Origin: a virus
DNA: 64,000 bases
Strand: one strand, 5' to 3'
IMG/VR virus record: IMGVR_UViG_3300027996_000008
Position numbers and translations under genes: made by a program. Below, piece after piece: positions 29,044 through 37,058 of the stretch (positions within the stretch are counted from its first letter, which is position 1; every line of letters begins with the position of its first letter). The notes beneath the pieces are model-generated. The model had not been told where the DNA came from. It did not search any database and worked only from the letters and a program-made list of their open reading frames with translations.

Positions 29044-29600
29044 AAATCATAAAAGAAGGAAACAAAATCAAATTAGAAGAAAGTTCAGAAGTTGTATTTG
29101 CTCACAAAGGAAAGAAAGTGATTGTAACCAAACATTCTACAATTAGACAAATAGAAAGATCCAAACTATCTAAGAATGAAATTGAAACACTTTACAAAAG
29201 ATCTATCGATAAGATCAAATCTTTCAAAAATGCATTTGGACCATATTTGTTTTTCTCCAAGTCACTCAAACAGGGAATAGTTGTTGATTATAGAGAAGAT
29301 TATAAAGATAAAGACGGCGGAAAACATCTAATCATCATCACCTTTCTTCCAAGAGGCAAAGACAAAGCACTCAAAGGAACAAAAAAACTCATGCTTGAAA
29401 GATATGTTGATCTGGATGAAAATTGTTCAACACACCTTTCACAAGAGTTTTTAGACTACATGAGCGAAATATCTGATTCTATTGAAAAGGATAATGAAGA
29501 AAACTTTAAAGTTGTTGTTGATGAATCTGTTTTCAGATTTTATCAAGTTGATGAAAAAGTTTGGCAAGAGATCGATGTTGATGTTTTTGAATTTGAATAA
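29040..29600 (+). CDS. Hypothetical protein
   Basis: Coupled ORF; TKHS--RQIER segment weakly reminiscent of RelE/BECR-fold RNases. Confidence 0.6.
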   Translation: MKIIKEGNKIKLEESSEVVFAHKGKKVIVTKHSTIRQIERSKLSKNEIETLYKRSIDKIKSFKNAFGPYLFFSKSLKQGIVVDYREDYKDKDGGKHLIIITFLPRGKDKALKGTKKLMLERYVDLDENCSTHLSQEFLDYMSEISDSIEKDNEENFKVVVDESVFRFYQVDEKVWQEIDVDVFEFE

Positions 29601-29621
29601 AAAATAAATAAGTTTGATTAT

Positions 29622-29695
29622 GGTGACTGTCGTCCAATTGGATAGGACACTGGGTTGTGGTCCCAGTAATGAGAGTTCGAGTCTCTTCAGTCACA
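29622..29695 (+). tRNA. trnH: tRNA-His(GTG), G-1 encoded, A73, no CCA
   Basis: Acceptor GTGACTG/CAGTCAC, D stem gtcc/ggac, anticodon stem ctggg/cccag with GTG, T loop TTCGAGT. Confidence 0.88.
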
Positions 29696-29750
29696 CTTTT
29701 TTTGCACAGTAACACTATTTATGTTACTATGCAGTTTAATGTTACTAGGT

Positions 29751-29826
29751 GCCTACATAGCTCAGTTGATAGAGCAACAGATTTGTAACCTGTAGGTCGT
29801 AGGTTTGATCCCTACTGTAGGCTCCA
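29751..29826 (+). tRNA. trnT: tRNA-Thr(TGT) with encoded CCA
   Basis: Acceptor GCCTACA/TGTAGGC, anticodon loop TTTGTAA, T arm gtagg/cctac. Confidence 0.9.
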
Positions 29827-29908
29827 TTTTTTAATGTCAAATAATTCTTGATTTCTGTTTAAATAATCAAAATATAAATATCTTCAGTAACATTGGAGGT
29901 ATTATATT

Positions 29909-31378
29909 TTGCTACATATCAACTATCACAACAACGTTTTCATTTCTTTGAAAACACTTTCAAATGAAACTTTTCGTCTGATCAAAAACAAATTCACACA
30001 TACATATGAAACATGGGAAAACAGAAAGAAAGTAACAAAGACTTATAAGTTCTTATACAGAGACAAATATCTTTACAAAGGACTTTTGAGTGAATTGATT
30101 GATTTCTGCTTGTCAGTGGGTATATCTTTTGTTTTAGATGATAAATTAAAGACAAGAAACAAGTTTACTGATGAACAATATGATAAGTTGATTGAAGTGG
30201 TTAAACCTTCTCTAACTCCTAGATTTTTTCAGAAAGATTCAATAATGAAAGTAATTAGAAATAAACAACAGACAGTTTTGTCATGTACGAGTTCTGGAAA
30301 ATCATTGATAATTTATATTTTAATAATGTTTTTCAAATTAATAAGAAAGGACAAATCAAAAAAATCATTGATAATTGTACCAAGTATTAATCTAGTTAAT
30401 CAAATTTATGGAAATTTTATAGAATATGCAGAAACAAATGATAAAATCATTATAGGAAAACTAGTAAGAAAGTTAAATAGTGAACAAGAAAAGTTTGATG
30501 AATTTGATGAAAGTTGTCTTCTAACAACTTGGCAGAGTTTACAGAATAAACCATCTAGTTTTCTAGATCAATTTGAAATGGTTTTAGTGGATGAATGTCA
30601 TGGAGCAAAAAGTCCTGTTTTAAAAAAGAAAATTTTAGAAAAATGTATTAATGCAGAATATAAATCTGGAGTTACTGGAACAATGCCATTAGATGATCTA
30701 AACTCAAAAGTAATAACTGGGTTACTTGGTAAATTAACTTATAGTGTCAGTCAACGTGAATTAATAAATATGGGATTTGCTCCTGATATTGAAATAAAAA
30801 GTCTAATATTAAATTATCCAAAAGTATATCAAAAAATGAATTATCAAGATGAATGTTATTTTGTTAATCAAAATGACAAGAAAAAGAAAGTAATAACACA
30901 GATCATTGAAAAATATGACAAACAAAATGTTTTATGTTTGTTTAAATTAATAAAATACGGAAAGAGTATTGTTAGAATACTTAAGAAAAAATTTCCAAAT
31001 AAGAATATTATGTATATAGATGGATCTATTTTAACAAAATCAAGAGAAGAAATAAAAAAAACATTAGAAGAAAATGTAGATTGTATTTTAGTTGCTAGTT
31101 ATAGAGTGTTCAGTACTGGAGAATCTGTTAAAAATATACATACATCTATTTTTACTGAATCACCAGGAATAAAGAATTATACTTGTATTCAGTCAATTGG
31201 TCGTCTCATGCGTAAACACGAATCTAAAGACAAAGCAACTGTATGGGAAATAGTCGATAAAATAGAATATAATAATAATTATTCACCATATGGATATTTG
31301 TATAATCATTACATAAAAAGAAAGGACTTTTATGAAATGGAACAACATCCAGTATATGAAAAAGAAATAAAAACATAA
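29909..31378 (+). CDS. uvsW: UvsW DNA helicase
   Basis: TSSGKSLIIY, TWQS, VDECH, TGT, Q-IGR-MR; late promoter upstream. Confidence 0.93.
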   Translation: MLHINYHNNVFISLKTLSNETFRLIKNKFTHTYETWENRKKVTKTYKFLYRDKYLYKGLLSELIDFCLSVGISFVLDDKLKTRNKFTDEQYDKLIEVVKPSLTPRFFQKDSIMKVIRNKQQTVLSCTSSGKSLIIYILIMFFKLIRKDKSKKSLIIVPSINLVNQIYGNFIEYAETNDKIIIGKLVRKLNSEQEKFDEFDESCLLTTWQSLQNKPSSFLDQFEMVLVDECHGAKSPVLKKKILEKCINAEYKSGVTGTMPLDDLNSKVITGLLGKLTYSVSQRELINMGFAPDIEIKSLILNYPKVYQKMNYQDECYFVNQNDKKKKVITQIIEKYDKQNVLCLFKLIKYGKSIVRILKKKFPNKNIMYIDGSILTKSREEIKKTLEENVDCILVASYRVFSTGESVKNIHTSIFTESPGIKNYTCIQSIGRLMRKHESKDKATVWEIVDKIEYNNNYSPYGYLYNHYIKRKDFYEMEQHPVYEKEIKT

Positions 31379-31451
31379 AATAATTGAAAAAAGTGTTGAC
31401 ATTTGATTTAATACATGCGATAATATAAAAGTAAATTGTTAATTTTATTTA

Positions 31452-31862
31452 GTGATGAACAAAAAGGAGAGGATAATGAAAAAGCATAATATCGAGGGTC
31501 TTAAGGATTCTAATAATATTGAAATATATGTAGGTGACAAAATATCTTATATATCTTTGTATGAAAATCACTCTGACGCTATGGATTATTTCGACGTAGA
31601 ACCACAATTGAACTACTCAGTTGATGAGGTGTATCTTGAAAAACTTGAGGGTGTTGTAGAGTTTAAAAATGGTTCATTTATGGTTGGCAAAGAATTACTT
31701 TATAATGTCATAAACCCGGAAACTATATACGAAAGAATTAAATATTTGGATTATATTGATGAATTGAGCGTATCATTGAGAGAATTCATCAAAGAAGAGA
31801 AATTCGGATTTAAAGTCAAAAATTTTAGAGATATTTTCAAAGTTGAGGTTTTAAATGAATAG
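31452..31862 (+). CDS. YopX-like hypothetical protein
   Basis: GLKD-N--EIY-GD and G-V-FKNG-F pattern. Confidence 0.6.
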   Translation: MMNKKERIMKKHNIEGLKDSNNIEIYVGDKISYISLYENHSDAMDYFDVEPQLNYSVDEVYLEKLEGVVEFKNGSFMVGKELLYNVINPETIYERIKYLDYIDELSVSLREFIKEEKFGFKVKNFRDIFKVEVLNE

Positions 31863-31944
31863 ATTAAGAGATTATTGTGATATAGATAGAAACTTTGAAT
31901 ATATATCACTTCTAGATGAAGAAGAAAATAAATAAGTTTATCGT

Positions 31945-31972
31945 GGTGAGTGTCGTCTAGTTGGTTAGGATT
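31945..31972 (+). pseudogene. 5'-half remnant of a tRNA-His-like gene
   Basis: ggtgagtgtcgtctagttggttaggat vs ggtgactgtcgtccaattggataggac, with the same upstream aaaataaataagttt. Confidence 0.6.
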
Positions 31973-32009
31973 TTAGTAAAGCATGGGTAAATATAAATGA
32001 GTGAAAAAT

Positions 32010-32642
32010 CTATTCTGGATCATCATTAAATAAATTATTTAAATCATCAAACTCAGTCAAAATATCTTCTTCCTTTTCAATTTCTTCAACAACTTCATTT
32101 TCATCATTTATATATTGTTCTGAATTTGGAACATTATCATCAATATCATCAACACCAGTAGAAATAACTTCATGTGAAAATTTATACTCAGATATAGGAA
32201 TATTATATACTAATGGTTGACCAGCAAAATAGAATGGTTCCCTTGTGTTTTCTGATGAAACTTGAAACCATTTTCCGAAGTTAGGAATATAAAACAAACT
32301 ATCAATTGTTGGTTCCGTTGTACTGGTTCTACTTTGCCACTTTCCAACTGTTATTTGAATTATATTTGACCAGTCACTTATAAACCCAAACTTTCCAAAT
32401 AGTTCTTCACCACTAGACCAATTTTTCACATCGCCATAAACAGTAAGTTGAATTCCTGAACTATATATTTGTGTTGGATCTTCACCGAATAGTTTGTCAA
32501 TATCTGGTGTTGTTTTTGGTAGATAAAATACATCAAACCCTTTTTGCGCTATCATGTCATCAATCATATTCTTTTTTGTTGTATATTCTACATTGCTTTG
32601 ATATTGATTGTATCGATTCCATAATGGATTTTCATAACTCAT
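32010..32642 (-). CDS. gp14: Neck protein gp14-like
   Basis: G-D-FYLP-T----DKLFGED, KFG, P--DSL-YIP pattern; late promoter at 32671. Confidence 0.88.
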   Translation of the reverse strand: MSYENPLWNRYNQYQSNVEYTTKKNMIDDMIAQKGFDVFYLPKTTPDIDKLFGEDPTQIYSSGIQLTVYGDVKNWSSGEELFGKFGFISDWSNIIQITVGKWQSRTSTTEPTIDSLFYIPNFGKWFQVSSENTREPFYFAGQPLVYNIPISEYKFSHEVISTGVDDIDDNVPNSEQYINDENEVVEEIEKEEDILTEFDDLNNLFNDDPE

Positions 32643-32686
32643 AATTTACTCCTAAAAATAATTCTATGTTTATTTATAAAAAAAGC

Positions 32687-32741
32687 TTGACATTCTTTAA
32701 AAAATAAGTATAATAGTATATGTAAAATCGTTCTTTAGGAG
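32687..32741 (+). promoter_or_regulatory. Early promoter with boxA-like GTTCTTTA and SD
   Basis: TTGACA-16-TATAAT ... tcgttctttaggagg. Confidence 0.7.
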
Positions 32742-32744
32742 GAA

Positions 32745-33092
32745 TTGAAAATGAAAGACATCAGAGAGCATGTCAAAAGAGCAAATGATCTTGGTATTGA
32801 AACTGGAAAAGTTGTTGAAGATTATATTCCAGTTGAATTAAGAGATTATATTCAAACAAATGAACTATCTGTTCAGTTCATTCATGATTCACTTATCAAT
32901 CTTGGTCAATTAATGAATTCATATTATGATGCAATGATGATATATCATAAAGAAGGAATTGTTGATGAAGATTTCTTTGAAACAAAATTCATGCAAGAAT
33001 CAAATTTTAAAAGACTTTTAGAATTAGAACTAAAAGAAAAAAACATGTTTGGAAAATCACATGAAGTTGAGGAAGGATATGATTTTTGTTAA
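32745..33092 (+). CDS. gp33: Late transcription co-activator gp33-like
   Basis: SY-DA---Y--E and L-----E-N-F pattern; adjacent to gp32. Confidence 0.6.
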   Translation: MKMKDIREHVKRANDLGIETGKVVEDYIPVELRDYIQTNELSVQFIHDSLINLGQLMNSYYDAMMIYHKEGIVDEDFFETKFMQESNFKRLLELELKEKNMFGKSHEVEEGYDFC

Positions 33093-33182
33093 TAAAATGA
33101 AAAAAATAAGTATAATAATGCAACTTGCAACAAAGATGATTGCAAAAAACGAAATGCTAGAAAACAAAAAGGAGAAAAATGT

Positions 33183-34169
33183 ATGAGTAACTTTGATGCT
33201 AAATTTGATGCTATGTTTAATGGTGAGTTAAAAGATGATTCTTTATCAGTTAAAGAACCATCAACAACTGAGAATTCTTATCAAGATGATAATGATGTTT
33301 ATTTCTTATCGTCAGGTAAAAACGGTGAAAAAAACACTATAAAATTAAGAATGATTCCAAACTTTCATGAAAATGAATTTTCTGGAATTGATAATCTTTT
33401 TATGTTACAGAAAAAAGTTCACAAACTAAGAAAAGGAAATCAGAAATTGAATTTCAATTGTCTTAGGTTTCAGAATGATTTGAAATTTAAAAAGAATAAT
33501 AAAGGATTTTTTGATATTCCTGAAGGTGAAGAGCTTCATAAATGTCCAATGTGTGAATTAAATCCGTGGGTAGGAAATGCAAATGAAAATCCTTCTGGAT
33601 ATGCAGAATATCAAAAAAAGAAATCAAAATTATCTGGTTGGGTGAATGTATATATCTATGATGATACATTAAATCCAGAAAATAATGGAACTATCAAAAA
33701 AATGTATTTTGATGGCAGATTAATGAGATGCTTAAAAGGTGATATGAAAGACGCTGTAGATAAAGAAGGTAATATAATTCAAAAAGGTCTTGATCCTTTC
33801 GATGTTATGAATGGTGCTGATATTTGGATTGAAATTGCTAAAGCAGGACAATGGGATTCATACGATGGGACAAAATTTCTAAGACCGAGTCCTTTCATGA
33901 ATGGCGATCGTGAGAAAATCAAAGAAATTATTTCAGGCGATTTTGATCTAACTGAGAAAATAGGAACATTCTATGATTATGATGAACTCAAAGAAAAAAT
34001 AGATATTTTCTATGGAAATAAATCAGAAGTTGAAGAAGAAGTTGAAGTAAATGAAGAAGTTGCTAAAGAAGAAGTAATTTCTGAAGTTGCAACACCAATT
34101 GAAGTTAAAGAAGAAATCATTGAAGAAGATTTAGATGATTTTGATGTTGATAGTCTAATAGATGACTAA
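33183..34169 (+). CDS. gp32: Single-stranded DNA-binding protein
   Basis: -R-IP, CP-CE, NVYIYDD--NPEN-G, PFD---GA-----I, YD---F, acidic tail. Confidence 0.92.
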   Translation: MSNFDAKFDAMFNGELKDDSLSVKEPSTTENSYQDDNDVYFLSSGKNGEKNTIKLRMIPNFHENEFSGIDNLFMLQKKVHKLRKGNQKLNFNCLRFQNDLKFKKNNKGFFDIPEGEELHKCPMCELNPWVGNANENPSGYAEYQKKKSKLSGWVNVYIYDDTLNPENNGTIKKMYFDGRLMRCLKGDMKDAVDKEGNIIQKGLDPFDVMNGADIWIEIAKAGQWDSYDGTKFLRPSPFMNGDREKIKEIISGDFDLTEKIGTFYDYDELKEKIDIFYGNKSEVEEEVEVNEEVAKEEVISEVATPIEVKEEIIEEDLDDFDVDSLIDD

Positions 34170-34190
34170 TATAAACAAGGAGGAAAATAA

Positions 34191-34385
34191 ATGAAAAAAA
34201 TAAAATCATTTAAGAAAGTAGCACTTAAACTTGCACCATATATTATATTTGGTTCAACTGTATTAATTCTAGACTCAATTTCACCACTTAATTCATATTC
34301 AGTATGTATTGGTGCAATATTGTTACACATTCTTTCAAAGGCAAAAAAATATTTTAATGAAAAACTTCAGGAGGAAAATAAATGA
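34191..34385 (+). CDS. Small membrane protein
   Basis: Two hydrophobic segments. Confidence 0.55.
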   Translation: MKKIKSFKKVALKLAPYIIFGSTVLILDSISPLNSYSVCIGAILLHILSKAKKYFNEKLQEENK

Positions 34386-35158
34386 AATTAAACTTATCTG
34401 CACTCAAATCAATTGCAACAATTGAAAATGATCTATGGTTTGGAAAAGATCAAATCACAAATGTTAAAAAAGACAAAACAACAGGAATCAGATACATTCC
34501 ATCATCACCAATTTTTGAAAAAGAATTTGGAATTTCAGATCTATCAACTTTCATGAAAATGCTAGTAATGTACAATGAACCAGTGATTTCTTTCAACAAA
34601 TCAGATCTAGTTATTTCAAAAAAAGATCTAACGGGAGCATTAACCTACAGAATGTCAAATGAAAATGCAATGAGATTCAAAATAGATCTTGCAGAATCAG
34701 GAAACAATGCATTTAACAGTTGTGGTGATTTTCTAAAATCAGATTCTTTCTACAAATTTTCAATTGATGAAAAAATGATGAATGAAATAAGATCTTCAGC
34801 TTCATTCATAAGAGGAAAAGATGCAAACACGTTCATCAAGTTTGAAAAAGATAGCAATGATGAAGAGATGAGAATAGTTGTTTATTCACCTGGTTGTGAA
34901 AATTTATCAACACACATTCTAAAAGGTGAAAATACAGCTTCTCTAGGTTCATATTCAAAACAATTGAACATTGACGCAATTCCATCAAGCGGATCGTGGG
35001 ATTTTTATATTTTTGAAGGTCACAACATTGAAGTAAAAAATAGGAAAGGTGATAAATTAAAAGTTGCTGCAAAAGACACATTTCTATATGGTAGATCATT
35101 TATTGGCGATGATGATAAAAAAGAATTGCTCGAATGGTATTCTGTATTTAAAAGCTAA
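34382..35158 (+). CDS. gp45: Sliding clamp
   Basis: MKL----LK-IATI N-terminus, F-I-DL--F---L motif; position between gp32 and gp44. Confidence 0.72.
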   Translation: MKLNLSALKSIATIENDLWFGKDQITNVKKDKTTGIRYIPSSPIFEKEFGISDLSTFMKMLVMYNEPVISFNKSDLVISKKDLTGALTYRMSNENAMRFKIDLAESGNNAFNSCGDFLKSDSFYKFSIDEKMMNEIRSSASFIRGKDANTFIKFEKDSNDEEMRIVVYSPGCENLSTHILKGENTASLGSYSKQLNIDAIPSSGSWDFYIFEGHNIEVKNRKGDKLKVAAKDTFLYGRSFIGDDDKKELLEWYSVFKS

Positions 35159-35171
35159 GTTATAATAACAA

Positions 35172-35195
35172 TGGGTGGTTGAAATATACCACCCA
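35172..35195 (+). other. Intergenic hairpin without U-tract
   Basis: tgggtggt-tgaaatat-accaccca. Confidence 0.5.
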
Positions 35196-35210
35196 ATTTA
35201 GGAGGATATT

Positions 35211-35564
35211 ATGAACACACAAGAAAATAAAAATGATAAAGCATTATCAAATAAAAATTATAATTTACTTCTGTTATTGGAACAAAATATAAGATATAAT
35301 TTTCCAGATGTTTGTGTAAATGAATTAGGAGAAGATTGTTATTTTGATAGTGTATCAATTGCAGAACATAACGAAGATAAATTAATAGTTAATTTTAGAG
35401 ATGAAAATTATATTACAATTGAAGAATCTAGAGGTGTTGAATTAACAATTACAATTGATGGAAAATTTCGCGATGAAATTTCAAATTCTAAAGGTTCTGG
35501 TGGTATTTATTCTAAAGATGATATTTTTGACAAAATGTGTAAAGTAATGAAAAAATATTCATAG
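35211..35564 (+). CDS. Hypothetical protein
   Basis: GGAGG SD. Confidence 0.65.
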   Translation: MNTQENKNDKALSNKNYNLLLLLEQNIRYNFPDVCVNELGEDCYFDSVSIAEHNEDKLIVNFRDENYITIEESRGVELTITIDGKFRDEISNSKGSGGIYSKDDIFDKMCKVMKKYS

Positions 35565-35574
35565 AGGAGGAGAA

Positions 35575-36543
35575 ATGTCAAAAAAAGCAGAATCATATCT
35601 ATGGGAAGAAAAATATAGACCACAAGAATTTTCAGATTGTATCCTTCCAAAAGGGATTAAAAACACATTTGATAAATTTATAGAAGAAGAATATTTACCA
35701 CATCTAATTCTGGAAGGTACTCCCGGCATAGGAAAAACAACAATGTTAAACATCCTTGCTGATTATCTAAATATGGAAATGGTTATTTGGAACGGTTCAC
35801 ATCACAATGGAATAGATTTCATCAGAAATAATTTTGAATCATACATGATGACTGGATCAATGAATGGAAACAGAAAACTATTTGTGTTAGAAGAAGCTGA
35901 TAGACTCACAACAGATGCATTACAAGCTATGAAAAAGCCTTTAGAAGACTATTCCAACAATTGTAGTGTCATTATGACAACTAACAACTATGACACATTA
36001 ATTCAAAAATGTGGAGATGATGCAATTCTTTCTAGAATGGACAAAATATCTTTCAATTATACTTCAAAACAAAAGAAAGAAATAGCAGTTCCAGCAATCA
36101 AAAGAGTTTTTAAAATATTGAAAGAAGAAAGTATTGAATTTGATCAAAAAAATAAATCACTTCAATCATTTATTGTAAATACACTTCCAGATTTCAGATC
36201 AGTTTTAAAATTGCTAAGACGACATGTCATTGAAAATAATAACACAGTAACAGACTCAATTGTTGATTGCATTCCAAAGAAATTAGACAAAGATTTATTG
36301 ATGAAAATAATCAACTCAAAGCATGAAGAAATTGCTAGTTTTGCAGAAACAGAATCATCAACAAAAATTTTCAGTTGGATAGGTAGAAATATATTAGAAT
36401 TCACTACTAATATAAATACTATAACAAGAGTTTATAATGCTCTAATATATCACGAAAATTTAGATAAAAATAACGTTATAAAGATAAATAATATGATAAC
36501 TTTCTTTTACAATTTAAAACAAATTTTAAACTCAGAAAAATAG
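35575..36543 (+). CDS. gp44: Clamp loader large subunit
   Basis: WEEKYRP, G-PGIGKTT, EEAD, SR, PDFR. Confidence 0.95.
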   Translation: MSKKAESYLWEEKYRPQEFSDCILPKGIKNTFDKFIEEEYLPHLILEGTPGIGKTTMLNILADYLNMEMVIWNGSHHNGIDFIRNNFESYMMTGSMNGNRKLFVLEEADRLTTDALQAMKKPLEDYSNNCSVIMTTNNYDTLIQKCGDDAILSRMDKISFNYTSKQKKEIAVPAIKRVFKILKEESIEFDQKNKSLQSFIVNTLPDFRSVLKLLRRHVIENNNTVTDSIVDCIPKKLDKDLLMKIINSKHEEIASFAETESSTKIFSWIGRNILEFTTNINTITRVYNALIYHENLDKNNVIKINNMITFFYNLKQILNSEK

Positions 36544-36550
36544 AGGTTTA

Positions 36551-37057
36551 ATGAAAACTAATATAAAAGCAATCACAACAGAAGTTAATGATATACCATC
36601 TTTTTTAAGTGAGTCTACACTATCAGTCACAATTTGGTTTACTGGATGTATACACGATTGTAAAGGGTGTCAAAACCCACAATTACAGACTATTGATTCA
36701 AGTGGATTAGATATTGAATTTATTAAAGATGAATTAGAAAAAAGAAGAATATTATGTGATTGGGTTGTGTTTAGTGGTGGAGATCCAATGCACGATTTGA
36801 ATGAAAAAGTTGTTGAGGAATTGGCTGTTTTTGCAAAAGGAATTGGATATAAAACATTTGTTTATACTGGATATGATATGGTTGGACAGGTTAATGGTGT
36901 TGATTATGTGAAAACTGGGATATTTGTAGAGAATGATGGTGTTGATGAGTTTTGGTTGGCTAGTAGGAACCAATCGATTTGGAGAATAGATGGATTAAAA
37001 AAAGTTTACTGGTACGATAAAGGTATTGTTTATAATAAAATAGAAAAGAGGAGTTAG
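36551..37057 (+). CDS. nrdG: Anaerobic RNR activating radical-SAM protein
   Basis: GCIHDCKGC-N, SGGDP, YTGY, SRNQ. Confidence 0.92.
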   Translation: MKTNIKAITTEVNDIPSFLSESTLSVTIWFTGCIHDCKGCQNPQLQTIDSSGLDIEFIKDELEKRRILCDWVVFSGGDPMHDLNEKVVEELAVFAKGIGYKTFVYTGYDMVGQVNGVDYVKTGIFVENDGVDEFWLASRNQSIWRIDGLKKVYWYDKGIVYNKIEKRS

Positions 37058-37058
37058 G

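Noticed and set aside
29601-31972. Integrated element bounded by tRNA-His att sites
   Set aside because: The interval holds a tRNA and core uvsW, there is no integrase, and the two copies are diverged rather than identical
34382-34411. Sliding clamp N-terminus MKLN as a mini-protein family member or mimicry target
   Set aside because: Only four residues match, and MKL starts are normal for gp45-type clamps
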